Shown piece after piece: positions 1-10,871 of a DNA stretch of 64,000 bases (its first letter is position 1; each line of letters opens with the position of its first letter). Location of the stretch: assembly GCA_964354215.1 (NCBI GenBank), contig CAYGYT010000001.1, positions 75,199-139,198 of the forward strand, given 5' to 3'. The notes under the pieces were generated by a model. The model did not search any database and was not told where the DNA came from. It was given only the letters and a program-made list of their open reading frames with translations. The position numbers and the translations under genes are program-made. This stretch comes from an uncultured Eubacteriales bacterium. Lineage in GTDB: Bacteria; Actinomycetota; Coriobacteriia; Anaerosomatales; CAVRZR01.

Positions 1-8
1 TATCGCGG

Positions 9-383
9 TTGGGGCAAGGACCCGAGGGCAAGCACGATGCGCCGGGACCGGCGCCGGCAGCCGGCGCGGACGACGCGGGTGCCGTGCCCGCGGTCGAGGG
101 CACGCTCGATGACGAACGCGTGACGGCGATGCTTGCCGCGCTCGCTGCCGAGGAGCCCCCAGCAGCGCAGGCGTTCTGGAGGGCGAACATTGTCGTTGGT
201 GCGGGCATGGTCGTGGTCGGTGCAGTGTTCCTGATATGGGGCATGGCCGCGGCGGTGGGCGCACGCACGACCGGCGCGGTTGGGGTGTTCGGCGGATTGG
301 TGATGCTGCTGTTCGGTGGCGCGGTCGCGTCCGGCGGCGTGTACGTCGTGGTGAAGAACCTGCGACAGCGAGGAGTGCTGTAA
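9..383 (+). CDS. small hypothetical membrane protein (two predicted TM helices); the 5' end may lie beyond the window edge
   Basis: GC3-rich frame ending TAA at 381-383, directly abutting the gyrA GTG at 384. Hydrophobic stretches IVVGAGMVVVGAVFLIWGMAAAV and VGVFGGLVMLLFGGAVASGGVYVVV. No family recognised. Confidence 0.45.
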   Translation: MGQGPEGKHDAPGPAPAAGADDAGAVPAVEGTLDDERVTAMLAALAAEEPPAAQAFWRANIVVGAGMVVVGAVFLIWGMAAAVGARTTGAVGVFGGLVMLLFGGAVASGGVYVVVKNLRQRGVL

Positions 384-2963
384 GTGTCAGACGACGTGAT
401 GGACACCTCGAGCTCTGTACTGGCGGTCGACATCCAGCACGAGCTCAGGGAATCGTTCCTCGAGTACTCGATGAGCGTCATCGTTGCGCGCGCCCTCCCG
501 GACGTGCGTGATGGGCTCAAGCCGGTGCACCGCCGCATTCTCTACGCGATGAACGAGTCGGGGCTCACCCCGGGCCGCGCATACAAGAAGTCGGCGTGGA
601 CCGTCGGCGAGGTCATCGGCAAGTACCATCCGCACGGCGACCAGGCCGTCTACGACACGATGGTGCGCATGGCGCAACCGTTCGCGATGCGGGCCCCGCT
701 CATCGACGGGCACGGCAACTTCGGCTCTGTCGACGGCGACTCCGCCGCGGCGATGCGCTACACGGAGTCTCGCCTACATCGCCTCGCCATAGAGCTGCTG
801 CGCGATCTCGACAAGGAGACCGTCGATTTCGGCCCGAACTACGACGAGTCACTCTCCGAGCCCCTCGTTCTGCCGAGCCGGTTCCCGAACCTGCTGGTCA
901 ACGGCTCGGCGGGTATCGCTGTGGGTATGGCTACCAACATCCCGCCGCACAACCTGGGCGAGGTCATCGACGCGACGACGATGATCATCGACAACCCTGA
1001 AGCGACGGTCGAGGAACTGATGGCCGTCCTACCCGGGCCGGACTTCCCAACGGGCGGCACGATCATGGGTCGCGAGGGGATCGTCGACGCCTACACCACC
1101 GGGCGCGGATCGCTCAAGGTGCGCGGGAGAGCGCACATCGAGCAGACCTCGACCGGGCGCACGCGCATCATCATCACCGAGATTCCCTACCAAGTGAACA
1201 AGTCCAAGCTCGTCACGAAGATCGCCGATTTGGTGCGCGAGAGGAAGCTCACGGAGATCTCCGACCTGCGCGACGAGTCGGACCGCAAGGGCATGCGCGT
1301 GGTCATCGAGCTCAAGCAGGCATCAATCCCACAGGTGGTGTTGAACAAGCTCTACAAGCACACGCCGCTGCAGACCGGGTTCGGCGTGATCATGCTCGCG
1401 CTGCACGACGGCGTGCCACGCACGATGGCACTTCCCGAAATGCTCAAGGCCTACATCGAGCATCAGAAGGACGTTATCGTCCGGCGCACGCGCTACGAGC
1501 TTCGCAAGGCCGAGGAGCGCGCACACATCCTCGACGGCTACATCATCGCACTGGACAACATCGACGAGGTCATCAAGATCATCCGCGGGTCCGAGACGGA
1601 CGTCGAGGCGAAACAGCGCCTGATGAAGCGCTTCAGCCTCACCGAGATCCAGACCGACGCCATCCTCGAGATGCGCCTGCGCCGCCTTGTCGGCCTCGAG
1701 CGTCACAAGATCGAGGAGGAGCTCGCCGAGCTCCGTACGAGGATCGACTGGTACCAGCGTGTTCTCGGCGATATCAACCTCGTGCTTCAGATCATCAAGG
1801 ACGAGATGGGCGAGATTCGCACGAAGTTCGCCGACAAGCGCCGGACGCAGATCACTTCGGCGGCCAGGGACCTCGACGTCGAGGACCTCATCGCCGAGGA
1901 AGACATGGTCGTTACCATCACACGCGCGGGATACGTAAAGAGACTCCCGGTCGCCACGTACCGTCAGCAGAAGCGCGGCGGCAAGGGCCTGCAGGGCGTC
2001 AACCTGCGCGAGAACGACTTCGTGGAGCACCTGTTCATATCGAGCACCCACGACCACGTGCTCTTCTTCTCGACGAAGGGCAAGGTCTACCGCATGAAGG
2101 TGCACGAGCTCCCGGTGGGCTCGCGCCATGCCCGCGGCACTGCGGTCGTGAACCTGCTACCGTTCGCCGCCGACGAGCAGATCGCGGCGGTCATCACGAC
2201 GAAGGACTTCGGCGCCGAGGACTACCTGCTCTTCGCGACCAGGCTCGGCATGGTGAAGAAGACGGCGATGCAAGCGTACGCGCGGGTGCTTTCTAGCGGC
2301 ATCATCGCGATCAACCTGCGCGAGGGCGACGAGCTCATCGCGGTCAAGCGGGTGAAGACCGGTGAGAAGATCATGATGGTCTCGAGCTCGGGAAAGGCCA
2401 TCAAGTGGGACGAGTCCGAGGCACGCCCGATGGGCCGCGACACGATGGGCGTCAAGGGCATGAACGTCAAGCCCGGCGATCGCATGCTGGGCATGGAGGT
2501 CGCGCCGGAGGGCAGCGAGCTGTTCGTGGTGACCGAGCGCGGGTATGGCAAGCGCACGACGGTCGCCGAGTATCCCGAGCATCACCGCGGTGGGCAAGGC
2601 GTCAAGACGATCCAGGTCACGCCCAAGAAGGGCGAGCTCACCGGCATGAAGATCGTGCTCCCGCAGCACGAACTCATGCTCATCTCAGAAGAGGGTGTTG
2701 TCATACGCGTGCGCGCGAACGACATATCCCGACTCGGGCGCTCCACCCAGGGCGTCAAGGTGATGAACGTCTCAGAGACCGACCGCGTGTCGGCGATCGC
2801 ACGCGTCTCCGCCGGCAAGAAGGCGCGCCCGCCGCGAGCCGTGCCGGAGGGGCAGGAAAGCCTGCTTGAAGGCGAGAAGCCTCAAGAAGTGCTTGAGGCT
2901 GACGATCGGGAGGCCGAAGCCGAGGAACTTGTCGCCGAAGAGTTCGAGGACGCGGACGAGTAG
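384..2963 (+). CDS. gyrA: DNA gyrase subunit A
   Basis: 859 aa. N-terminal breakage-reunion domain with AAMRYTE (catalytic Tyr), the YHPHGD region, C-terminal beta-pinwheel repeats and an acidic tail. GTG start. Confidence 0.97.
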   Translation: MSDDVMDTSSSVLAVDIQHELRESFLEYSMSVIVARALPDVRDGLKPVHRRILYAMNESGLTPGRAYKKSAWTVGEVIGKYHPHGDQAVYDTMVRMAQPFAMRAPLIDGHGNFGSVDGDSAAAMRYTESRLHRLAIELLRDLDKETVDFGPNYDESLSEPLVLPSRFPNLLVNGSAGIAVGMATNIPPHNLGEVIDATTMIIDNPEATVEELMAVLPGPDFPTGGTIMGREGIVDAYTTGRGSLKVRGRAHIEQTSTGRTRIIITEIPYQVNKSKLVTKIADLVRERKLTEISDLRDESDRKGMRVVIELKQASIPQVVLNKLYKHTPLQTGFGVIMLALHDGVPRTMALPEMLKAYIEHQKDVIVRRTRYELRKAEERAHILDGYIIALDNIDEVIKIIRGSETDVEAKQRLMKRFSLTEIQTDAILEMRLRRLVGLERHKIEEELAELRTRIDWYQRVLGDINLVLQIIKDEMGEIRTKFADKRRTQITSAARDLDVEDLIAEEDMVVTITRAGYVKRLPVATYRQQKRGGKGLQGVNLRENDFVEHLFISSTHDHVLFFSTKGKVYRMKVHELPVGSRHARGTAVVNLLPFAADEQIAAVITTKDFGAEDYLLFATRLGMVKKTAMQAYARVLSSGIIAINLREGDELIAVKRVKTGEKIMMVSSSGKAIKWDESEARPMGRDTMGVKGMNVKPGDRMLGMEVAPEGSELFVVTERGYGKRTTVAEYPEHHRGGQGVKTIQVTPKKGELTGMKIVLPQHELMLISEEGVVIRVRANDISRLGRSTQGVKVMNVSETDRVSAIARVSAGKKARPPRAVPEGQESLLEGEKPQEVLEADDREAEAEELVAEEFEDADE

Positions 2964-3381
2964 CGCCAAGCGCTACGGGGAAGAGAAATGTTGAGCCGAG
3001 ATTACGGGCATTAAGCAGGCATTGGGATTGGCGATTTGCGCTTGATATGAGCGACTTTGCGGTACCATGACCGTAAGGAGGGGCGTTCCCAGGCCGATAC
3101 ACGAGACAGCCAGCTGCCCAACTGGTTGTTTCACCTGCTGTTTATCGGTTGTTGCCCCTAGGGCCTTGTGGTACTTTGGCAGGCGTTGGTGTCGGAGAGG
3201 TATCCCCACCGAATAGCGGCGGGTGCCCTGAGGGAGGGATGACTAGAGGGGAAGTAGGCCGCATCTGAAGGTCGCCGGTCGACCCTACTCGGGTGCCGCG
3301 CCGGCATGGGACACAAGCAGACCATCTGCAGCACGTCCACATGATGGGGATATCAAATCGATGGAGAAATGAGGAGGTAGA
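2964..3381 (+). promoter_or_regulatory. long, lower-GC, ORF-poor leader/promoter region upstream of the large surface-protein gene, ending in a strong RBS (GAGGAGG about 7 nt before the ATG at 3382)
   Basis: About 420 nt without a credible ORF and visibly less GC-rich than flanking coding DNA. RBS read at 3370-3376. Promoter position not determined. Confidence 0.35.
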
Positions 3382-6300
3382 ATGAAAAGCCTAAGTAAGA
3401 AGAGCGGCTTCAGGTCAGCGACCAGCGTTGCGCTGTCGCTGGCTTTGCTGCTTTCGCTGGTCGCGATCCCTGCGTTCGGCGCCGATCCCGCGATACCCAC
3501 GACCTACGTCGCGGGTTCGCTGGTCGCTGGCAGCACGGGCATCGCCAGTGTCGTTGAGGCCACGTACCCTGAGGGCCTCGTCGGCACTGTCACAGTTGAA
3601 ACGTCGTGCACCCCGTACGTGCCGGCGGAGATCCTGCTTCAGCCGCTCGGCAACCCGACCTTGGGCGGCTCGACGGTCGCTAACGACCCCGCTGCGCTCA
3701 CGCTTCGCATTGCCGCGCAGGGTGTCGACGGCAGCGTCTTGACTACCGACGTTGTGTGCCAGGCCAGCGATACATTCGACGCGGTTCTCGCTCGGGTCAA
3801 CTCGCAGGTCGGCGCAGCCTCGTCCGTGCCGGACGATGTGAAGATCTTTGCCGGACGCAAGGGTGACTTCAATCAGCCGTACTTCAGGCTCCAGAAGGCC
3901 GGCGCGACCCCCAACCCGAGCTACCTGCAGATCTGGGACACTTACACCGCGGGCCCGCTCCTGAAGGGCGTCGCGGACCTGCTCGTCTTCGGCCCCGCCT
4001 CGATCACCGAGCAGCGTGACACCGGCCCGGCCCTCCCTGGCAACAGCGGCGACGGTAGCCGCGTCCAAGGTAACGGCGCCAATGGCACGGTGGAGCCCTT
4101 CCCGGCGAACGGCTGGTACTTCGATCCGCTACTCGGCTCCAGGTTCGCGACCGCGACCATCGAGTACGGTTCGTGGGCGGAAGGCGTTGTCGGCAGGGCC
4201 AACTGGCGGGCTCAGGTCGACACCATGACCGGGCAGTACACGGGTATTCGCATCATCGATACTGGTTCTAGCGTCGAACCAACGATAAGCGCGTACCTCG
4301 CCACCGCAAGTCGCAGTGCGAGCATCGGCACAGGCAAGCTGACGTTCAGACTGGGCAACGGCGAGCGGAAGCCGGCCGCCAACTACGGCGTGACGATCGC
4401 CCCGAACACGGGCAGCCCGTTCAAGACCGGCACCGTGGTTGCGGGCAAGACCGAGACGTTCACGGTCACTGCGCCGCTTCCGGCAGTACCCGCCGACTGG
4501 GCTGGACTCGAGGATGCCTACAACGGCATCCGGGTCCTGTACCCGAAAGAGTTCACGTTCTCGGGAACCGGGAACGCCACCGCATCGCCCGCGCCGGCCA
4601 GCCAGTCCGTAGTGACTAGCAACACGGCCTACGGCCCGATGGTCACGGTCACGGGCTTTGTCACGGCTGCGGGCGTGGTTCCCCCCATCACCGTCCAGTC
4701 CACTCTCGTAGCGACCCAGACCGCCGGTGTCTACAACACCGTCAAGGTCTGGATCCGCAACGTGGGTACGAATGGCGAGACGTGGGTACCGCTGTTCTGC
4801 CCGCCCAACTCCCCGATGAGCATCAGCGTCGCTCCTGACGTGGTCTCAAGGGTCGGGATGGAAGCGGAGCGGAACCGCGCAGGCGGCAAGACCCTCCTGA
4901 GGGCCATCGCCTACGACAAGTTCAACAACAAGATCCCGAATCCGGTCTTCCCGACGCCCACCATCTCTGGCACGAGCGACGGCGCCGCGATCGCTGCCGG
5001 CCCGACCTCGGATCAGTTCATCTGGACGCTCGCGAAGACGGCGGGCGCCAACACGGCGAACGTCTCCTACGCGAGCGTGGCCGGTTCGCTCACGGTCAAC
5101 ACGACCGGCATCGGCGAGCCCGCTACGATCAAGGTTGTCCCGGTGGACTCGGACGGCAAGCACTGGGGCACTCCGAAGACCACGTGGCTGAACGCCGAGA
5201 ATCCGGCGTTCTACCTCCAGCTGGTCGACGCCAACGGCAACCCGACGTCGTTCCTGAACGACTCGGCCGGCTTCGAGGATGACCTGTTCAGCTTCAGGTC
5301 AGTCTCGGTAGAGGGCGTCGATCATTCGAGGAACAACATCCACATCGAGCACCTGTGGTCGCGCTCGTCGTTCACGTTGAGTGGCCCGTACTCTGGCATT
5401 CCGGGCAACTTCGGCTTCGGTTCCGCCTTCGGTCCTGACACGTGGACGCTGCTCGCGACCGCGAACGGCGGCATAGTCGCGCCGGCTCCGTCCAGCACGA
5501 TCACCATCAGCGCCAAGGACCCGGCCAAGGTCGGCGTTCCCGCCAAGCTGAGGGTCTCGGCTGTGGCGACCGCGCCCGCCGAGTATGCGGTCAACGACTA
5601 CATCTACAACGACAAGAGTGACGACTTCGACGACAGTGCCTTCGGTTACGCGAAGGGCGACGGCACCGAGTCTGTAGCGCTCACCGCGCAGGTCGTCGAC
5701 GCGTACGGGACCCCCGTGACCGGTTCGACAGTCGCGAACGTCCCGCTCACGTTCACGCTCGACAAGTTCGCGGGTGCCAACGGCATCCTGCCGACCGGCT
5801 ACGTCTACGACACCAGGACGGACGCCTCCGGCGTCGCCACCGTCACCGTGAAGGCGTACCGCGGCACGTTCAAGACAGAGTACGTCCCGGACTTCGGCGA
5901 TAGCTCGTGGTTCACCCCGATCAGGGCGAGCATCGCGATCACGTCGACGACTGACTGGGCGAATCCGTGCTCGGCCGCTACCGCGTGGGAGGGCTACGGC
6001 TTCACGTACTTCCACGGCGGCCAGATGAGCGCTTCGCTCGAGCAGACTCCTGAGTGCGAAGACAAGGACGTCCTGCTCGCCGACGGCACCGACTCCGCGA
6101 AGTTCGAGGCCTGCGTGAAGGACCCTGCGTTCCTCACGCCGGTCGCGAACTGGGGCGTGAAGTTCACGACGAACTTCGGCTCGTTTGACGCTTCGGGCAC
6201 CAAGACCGTCGAGACGACGACCGGTGCCGACGGCAAGGCGAGCGTCACTATCAAGAGCAGCACCGCCAACGATGCGAAGACGCCGAAGGCTACCCTGTGG

Positions 6301-7752
6301 GCGATCGACCGCCAGCGGACGGCCGTGATGAAGGAAGTCACGTTCACCGACTGGAAGGCCGTCGCTCAGGTGCTCGAGCCCACCAAGCGCGCAGGCGACC
6401 GTGCCTACGCCAAGGTCCGCGTCTCGTACGAGAACTTCAAGACGGGCGCGAAGTTGATGTGGGACAAGTGCGACGGGGCCTTCAGTGCCGATAGCGCTCA
6501 TGTGTACGGTCCGCAGCTCGCGTGCCAGGCATCGGGTTGCCACGGGCCTTGTCTCCCTGACCCGTGCTCCGACATGGCCGCCACATGCGCCCTCCATACG
6601 AACCACACCAAGTGGGCCTCGAAGGCCGAAACGGACACGAACGGTGACGGCAAGTACGATTCCGTCGACATCCTCATCCCGGCGAAGGACGCGGAGGACG
6701 ACTCGCACACACTCGAGTCGGCTGGCAAGCGCTACGCGCTCGTCGGAGGCAGCGTGACAGGCAGAATGTGGAACGGCACGGTCTTCTACAACCAGAAGAG
6801 CATCGTTGCCGCCTACGCCCGTCCCGAGGTGAACTTCATCAAGGAGGCCACGCTCAACGCCGAGGGCACGCAGTTCAGCACTGGCATGAGCGTCACCGGC
6901 ACCAAGTTCACACCTGGCGAGGGTGCCCCTGACTACGTCGATGCCGTCGATATCTACCTCGGCGACATCACGACCGTGGACACCATGCAGCTGGCTGATT
7001 CGGGTCCGTTCCACGGCCAGGATCCGCACCTGCTGGGCAAGGCCTATGTGGGTCGCGACGGCAGCCTGCTGCCAGTGGTCGCTGCCAGCGCGAAGCTCGC
7101 TCAGATGGCGCCTGGTTCCTACGACATCACTGTTGACGGCTTGGTCTTCAAGAACGGCCTGACGATCAAGAACATGTTCGGCATGGCCTCGGTCGTCATC
7201 GGCAATGCGAAGAGGGCCAGCGGCGTGTACTTCGTCAACCCAAGGATGAAGTACCCCGTGAACGTGAACGCTTTCGGTGCGGACAAGGTCGAAGTGTGGG
7301 CTGGTGCTACCAAGCTCGCCTACTCCTCGTCGACCGGCATGTTCACGCTTCCTGCCAGCCGTATCCCAGCCGGCCTCAGCTACATCACGGCGAAGGCCAT
7401 GTGGAGCAACGGCTACACGACCGTTGTGAACGTCAAGGTCTACCGCCAGTCCCCGCTCAAGTTCACGACCCCGTCGCTCGCCGTGTCCGGCCGGACTCTC
7501 AGGGTCGCGGGCAAGGTCTCGGGCACTCCTGAGATCAACGGCAGCACGGCGTTCCTGATCCGCGTGAGCTTCCAGCGCAATATCAGCGGGCGCTGGGTCA
7601 CGCAGAGTGTGAAGTACGTCCGGGCTTCGAGGGGCGCCTACAGGGCAGCCGCTACGGCGAATGCCGCGGGTGTGTGGAGAGCTGTCGTGTTCCATTACGA
7701 CGCCGCTCACCCGACGTCCCAGAAGGCCTCCAACAGCAAGTCCGTGAGGTAG
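3382..7752 (+). CDS. large secreted cell-surface protein with multiple bacterial Ig-like (Big_1/invasin-type) domains; S-layer or adhesin candidate
   Basis: 1456 aa. Signal peptide MKSLSKKSGFRSATSVALSLALLLSLVAIPAFGADP. Repeated segments of the type VALTAQVVDAYGTPVTGSTV...DASGVATVTVKA typical of Big domains. Ala/Thr/Gly/Val-rich. Carries the C-terminal module shared with four neighbouring secreted proteins. Confidence 0.8.
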   Translation: MKSLSKKSGFRSATSVALSLALLLSLVAIPAFGADPAIPTTYVAGSLVAGSTGIASVVEATYPEGLVGTVTVETSCTPYVPAEILLQPLGNPTLGGSTVANDPAALTLRIAAQGVDGSVLTTDVVCQASDTFDAVLARVNSQVGAASSVPDDVKIFAGRKGDFNQPYFRLQKAGATPNPSYLQIWDTYTAGPLLKGVADLLVFGPASITEQRDTGPALPGNSGDGSRVQGNGANGTVEPFPANGWYFDPLLGSRFATATIEYGSWAEGVVGRANWRAQVDTMTGQYTGIRIIDTGSSVEPTISAYLATASRSASIGTGKLTFRLGNGERKPAANYGVTIAPNTGSPFKTGTVVAGKTETFTVTAPLPAVPADWAGLEDAYNGIRVLYPKEFTFSGTGNATASPAPASQSVVTSNTAYGPMVTVTGFVTAAGVVPPITVQSTLVATQTAGVYNTVKVWIRNVGTNGETWVPLFCPPNSPMSISVAPDVVSRVGMEAERNRAGGKTLLRAIAYDKFNNKIPNPVFPTPTISGTSDGAAIAAGPTSDQFIWTLAKTAGANTANVSYASVAGSLTVNTTGIGEPATIKVVPVDSDGKHWGTPKTTWLNAENPAFYLQLVDANGNPTSFLNDSAGFEDDLFSFRSVSVEGVDHSRNNIHIEHLWSRSSFTLSGPYSGIPGNFGFGSAFGPDTWTLLATANGGIVAPAPSSTITISAKDPAKVGVPAKLRVSAVATAPAEYAVNDYIYNDKSDDFDDSAFGYAKGDGTESVALTAQVVDAYGTPVTGSTVANVPLTFTLDKFAGANGILPTGYVYDTRTDASGVATVTVKAYRGTFKTEYVPDFGDSSWFTPIRASIAITSTTDWANPCSAATAWEGYGFTYFHGGQMSASLEQTPECEDKDVLLADGTDSAKFEACVKDPAFLTPVANWGVKFTTNFGSFDASGTKTVETTTGADGKASVTIKSSTANDAKTPKATLWAIDRQRTAVMKEVTFTDWKAVAQVLEPTKRAGDRAYAKVRVSYENFKTGAKLMWDKCDGAFSADSAHVYGPQLACQASGCHGPCLPDPCSDMAATCALHTNHTKWASKAETDTNGDGKYDSVDILIPAKDAEDDSHTLESAGKRYALVGGSVTGRMWNGTVFYNQKSIVAAYARPEVNFIKEATLNAEGTQFSTGMSVTGTKFTPGEGAPDYVDAVDIYLGDITTVDTMQLADSGPFHGQDPHLLGKAYVGRDGSLLPVVAASAKLAQMAPGSYDITVDGLVFKNGLTIKNMFGMASVVIGNAKRASGVYFVNPRMKYPVNVNAFGADKVEVWAGATKLAYSSSTGMFTLPASRIPAGLSYITAKAMWSNGYTTVVNVKVYRQSPLKFTTPSLAVSGRTLRVAGKVSGTPEINGSTAFLIRVSFQRNISGRWVTQSVKYVRASRGAYRAAATANAAGVWRAVVFHYDAAHPTSQKASNSKSVR

Positions 7753-7784
7753 TGCGGCAGGCTGGATAGCTCCAACGCATCACG

Positions 7785-7812
7785 GAGGCGGGGCCCGAAA
7801 GGGCCCCGCCTC
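7785..7812 (+). terminator. intrinsic terminator-like hairpin after the surface-protein gene
   Basis: GAGGCGGGGCCC-GAAA-GGGCCCCGCCTC: perfect 12-bp stem with a GNRA loop, 33 nt after the stop and followed by TGACTTTG. Confidence 0.7.
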
Positions 7813-7969
7813 TGACTTTGAGCAGCGGTCTGGCGAAACGACGCTGCGCGACAGAGGCGGCAGGGAATCTGCTCAACACGTCTTGAGAATGGATTAAGGG
7901 GCTCCCGAGTAGCACGTTGCGGAGAGCTGCCGAGCCTATGATTCTTACTGGGGCGCCTGCTGGCGCCCC

Positions 7970-10864
7970 GTGGTGCCCCATGGAGTTTGGATTCCCAACG
8001 TGCTCTCTTCTCGCAGACGATCCCTCCCGCCGTTGAACCGGGGCGCGGCCCTCGCGGTCGTGCTGCTGGGTGCCGCGCTGGTCTTGGCGCTGGCGCCTGG
8101 GGCGTACGCCGCGTCTCACGGCGCTGGCGTAGTCGTCGCGCTCGAGCGCTCGGCAACCTCAGAGCAGGTGGCGGCAGCGGTCAGAGCGGTTGGTGGCGAG
8201 GTCATCCACACTGTTCCGAGCACGCGCTCGCTTCTTGTGGCCACGGACGCGGGCGCACGGGCGACTCTCGTGGCCAAGAGAGTCTCAGCGATGCCGGGCG
8301 TGCGGTACGCCGAGCCCAATCGACGCGTCCACGCGCAGTTCGTTCCGAACGACCCGATGTACACGCTGCAATGGGGTTTGCCGGCGGTGAACGCGCCAAT
8401 CGCCTGGGACGGGGCGCGCGCGTCTTCGGCAGTGAAGGTGGCTGTGATCGACAGCGGCGCCTACTTCGGGCACCCGGACCTGACCGGCATCCTCGACAGC
8501 ATGCATGACTACGACTTCGTGAACATGGACAGCGATGCGAGCGACGACAACGGCCATGGCACGCACGTGACCGGGATTGTCGCCGCGATCGCCAACAACG
8601 GGCAGGGCGTCGCTAGCTTGGCGGGGCTCGGTGCGCAGGGTGCGACCGGCGGCGTACGCGTGATCCCCATCAAGGTCCTCGACGAGAACGGCGACGGGTG
8701 GGACGAGGACGTGGCGCTCGCCATCAGACACGCCGCGGATTCGGGTGCGCGAGTCATCAATCTGAGCATGGGCGGTCCTGGCTCGACGCCGTTGAGCGAA
8801 GCGGTAGCGTACGCGCGCGCCAAAGGCTGCGTGCTGGTGGCGGCCGCGGGCAATTCTGGACTCGACCGGATCCTCTACCCCGCTGGTGTACCCGGGGTGA
8901 TCGGCGTCGCGAGCCTGGACTCCGAGCTGCGGCAGGCGATGTTCTCGAACTCGGGAGCGCATGTCGACGTCAGTGCACCCGGTGAACAGGTCTTCTCTAC
9001 GTCGTGGCCCGGCGGTGCCGCAAGTACCGGCTCGCTCTATGGCTACATGTCGGGAACGTCGATGGCGACTCCGTTCGTGGCGGCTGAGGCAGCGCTGCTC
9101 TTCTCGACGATGCCAAATGCGACGAACGCTCAGGTGGAGAGCGCGATCATGTCCTCGGCACGCGACCTGGGGCCAGTGGGCCGTGACGATGACTACGGAC
9201 GAGGACTGATCGACGCGGCTGCCGCCCTGAGCCAGCTCACGGGCTACGACTACAGCCCGCCCGTCACCGCGGCAAGCGGCATCCCGTCCGGATGGAGCTC
9301 GCGAGATGTGACGGTGACGCTCAAGGCGACGGACGACCTGTCCGGTGTGGCGACGACCCAGGTGCGTGTTGGAGCCGAGGACGCGCGCGCGTACACAGCT
9401 CCTTTCGCGGTGACCGCCGAGGGTAGCACCAGGATCGCGTTCTGGTCGGTGGATCGGGCGGGCAACCACGAGGACCAGAAGACCGCCACGGCGCGCATCG
9501 ACAAGACGCCGCCCACGACCACGAGTGATGCGGTGGCGCGCTACGTAAGAAGCGCCACAATCAGGTTCTCGCCGGTCGATCGGCTGTCCGGTGTCGCGGC
9601 GACTCGTTGGAATCTCGACGGCGCCCAGGGGTCCGGCACGGTTGTCACGACCACGGTACGTGGGTTCCACACGCTCACCTTCACGTCCACCGACGGCGCG
9701 GGCAACGCGGAGCCCACGCGTGCCATCGCCTTCGGGGTCGTGAACTCGGCCGACGACGTGCTTCCCCTCACGACCGCGGCACTCGGCGTACCAGGTGCGT
9801 GGGTGAACACGCCCGCCACCATCACGCTCGTGTCCTCGGGCAGCGGGCTGTCCGGCGCGGGCACCTACTACTCACTCGACGAGGGTCCCGCGATCGCGTA
9901 TTCGAGCCCGTTCATGATTAGCCGCGAGGGGACGACCACGCTCGAGTTCTGGTCTTCTGCCGAGGGGGTCGCCGAACTGCACAAACTCGGCTACGTACGC
10001 GTCGACACCTCTCCGCCCAGCGTCGCACTCGACGCCCTGCCCTCCTACGAGGACGTCGCAATCGTGACCGCCACCGCGTCGGACACCGTTTCGGGCATCA
10101 CACCCCAGTCCCTGGGATGGTCGCTCGACGGCGTTGGGTGGGAGTCGGGGTCGACCGCCGTGCTCGATCGACCGGGGCGCTACGCTGTCGTGTTCAGGGC
10201 CTTTGACCTGGCGGGTAACGAGGCACAGGCGACCGCGCACGTGCTCGTGACGGGCGCCTCGGCAATCTCGCTTGCCAAGCCCGCCGTAGCGACTCCTGCG
10301 TGGGGAACAGCCTGCACGCTTGCGGGCGCAGTTTCACCGGCGCCGGCGAGTCCGGCGACGGTGACGATCCAAGCGCGCGTGCCCGGAACCACCACGTGGG
10401 CGCGCGTTGCCACGACCAGGACCGCAGGCGGCGCGTTTTCGGCGAGAGTCCTGCCGCGACGGCGCCTGGAGTACCGCGCTGTGTTCAGTGGCGATGATGT
10501 GCTCAGGGCGGCGGCGCCCAGCAATCGCGTCACGCTCGCGCCGAAGGTGTCGCTCACGCCTGTTTCCGGGCTGCCCGCATCGGTACGCAAAGGGGCGCTG
10601 CTCCAACTGAGTGGACGCGTTGTGCCGCAACACTCGGCCTCGGTCTACCTCATGATCGAGCGGCCCGTCGAGCGGCCCTCCGGCAGCACGTGGGTGAAGA
10701 GCCGCCGCATCCGCCTTGCATTGCATGCCGATGGGCGCGATGGCTCGACCTGGCGAGTTGCGCTCAGGCTGCCGCAGGGCCGATGGCGCGTGCGTGTGTA
10801 CCACGCCGCCGATACGCTGCACGCCAGCACCTACTCGACCGCTCGCTACGCACGTGTCCGTTAG
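7970..10864 (+). CDS. secreted S8 (subtilisin-family) serine peptidase with C-terminal Ig-like repeat modules
   Basis: 964 aa. Signal-like AALAVVLLGAALVLALAPGAYA and an N-terminal propeptide-like region. Catalytic motifs VAVIDSG (Asp), HGTHVTG (His) and SGTSMATP (Ser). These are followed by repeats of the form W..V.VTL.A.D..SGV....Y..DG....Y..P..V..EG.T...ID.T.P and the shared C-terminal module. Start uncertain (GTG 7970 or 8000). Confidence 0.9.
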   Translation: MVPHGVWIPNVLSSRRRSLPPLNRGAALAVVLLGAALVLALAPGAYAASHGAGVVVALERSATSEQVAAAVRAVGGEVIHTVPSTRSLLVATDAGARATLVAKRVSAMPGVRYAEPNRRVHAQFVPNDPMYTLQWGLPAVNAPIAWDGARASSAVKVAVIDSGAYFGHPDLTGILDSMHDYDFVNMDSDASDDNGHGTHVTGIVAAIANNGQGVASLAGLGAQGATGGVRVIPIKVLDENGDGWDEDVALAIRHAADSGARVINLSMGGPGSTPLSEAVAYARAKGCVLVAAAGNSGLDRILYPAGVPGVIGVASLDSELRQAMFSNSGAHVDVSAPGEQVFSTSWPGGAASTGSLYGYMSGTSMATPFVAAEAALLFSTMPNATNAQVESAIMSSARDLGPVGRDDDYGRGLIDAAAALSQLTGYDYSPPVTAASGIPSGWSSRDVTVTLKATDDLSGVATTQVRVGAEDARAYTAPFAVTAEGSTRIAFWSVDRAGNHEDQKTATARIDKTPPTTTSDAVARYVRSATIRFSPVDRLSGVAATRWNLDGAQGSGTVVTTTVRGFHTLTFTSTDGAGNAEPTRAIAFGVVNSADDVLPLTTAALGVPGAWVNTPATITLVSSGSGLSGAGTYYSLDEGPAIAYSSPFMISREGTTTLEFWSSAEGVAELHKLGYVRVDTSPPSVALDALPSYEDVAIVTATASDTVSGITPQSLGWSLDGVGWESGSTAVLDRPGRYAVVFRAFDLAGNEAQATAHVLVTGASAISLAKPAVATPAWGTACTLAGAVSPAPASPATVTIQARVPGTTTWARVATTRTAGGAFSARVLPRRRLEYRAVFSGDDVLRAAAPSNRVTLAPKVSLTPVSGLPASVRKGALLQLSGRVVPQHSASVYLMIERPVERPSGSTWVKSRRIRLALHADGRDGSTWRVALRLPQGRWRVRVYHAADTLHASTYSTARYARVR

Positions 10865-10871
10865 CACGCGC

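Noticed and set aside
3067-3216. 49-codon Cys-rich ORF (MTVRRGVPRPIHETASCPTGCFTCCLSVVAPRALWYFGRRWCRRGIPTE) inside the leader of the surface-protein gene.
   Set aside because: No RBS, low GC3 and no recognisable family. It is most likely a chance ORF in a non-coding leader.
5299-7710. Very long antisense or overlapping ORFs in the track. Examples: 5299..7710 (-), 8285..9670 (-), 13382..14728 (-), 15498..16991 (-), 23698..24960 (+), 29507..30592 (+), 42845..44098 (+), 45263..47299 (-), 52123..53346 (-).
   Set aside because: They lie opposite or out of frame to genes with clear family motifs. Their Arg/Gly/Ala/Pro/His-heavy composition is nonsense-like, and they lack RBSs. These are the expected stop-codon-poor shadow frames of GC-rich DNA.
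7950-7969. Perfect 8-bp GC hairpin (GGGGCGCC-TGCT-GGCGCCCC) ending immediately before the putative GTG start of the S8 peptidase gene.
   Set aside because: It could occlude translation initiation, or it may simply mean the true start is the downstream GTG at 8000. There is no U-tract and no further evidence, so it was not called as a regulatory element.
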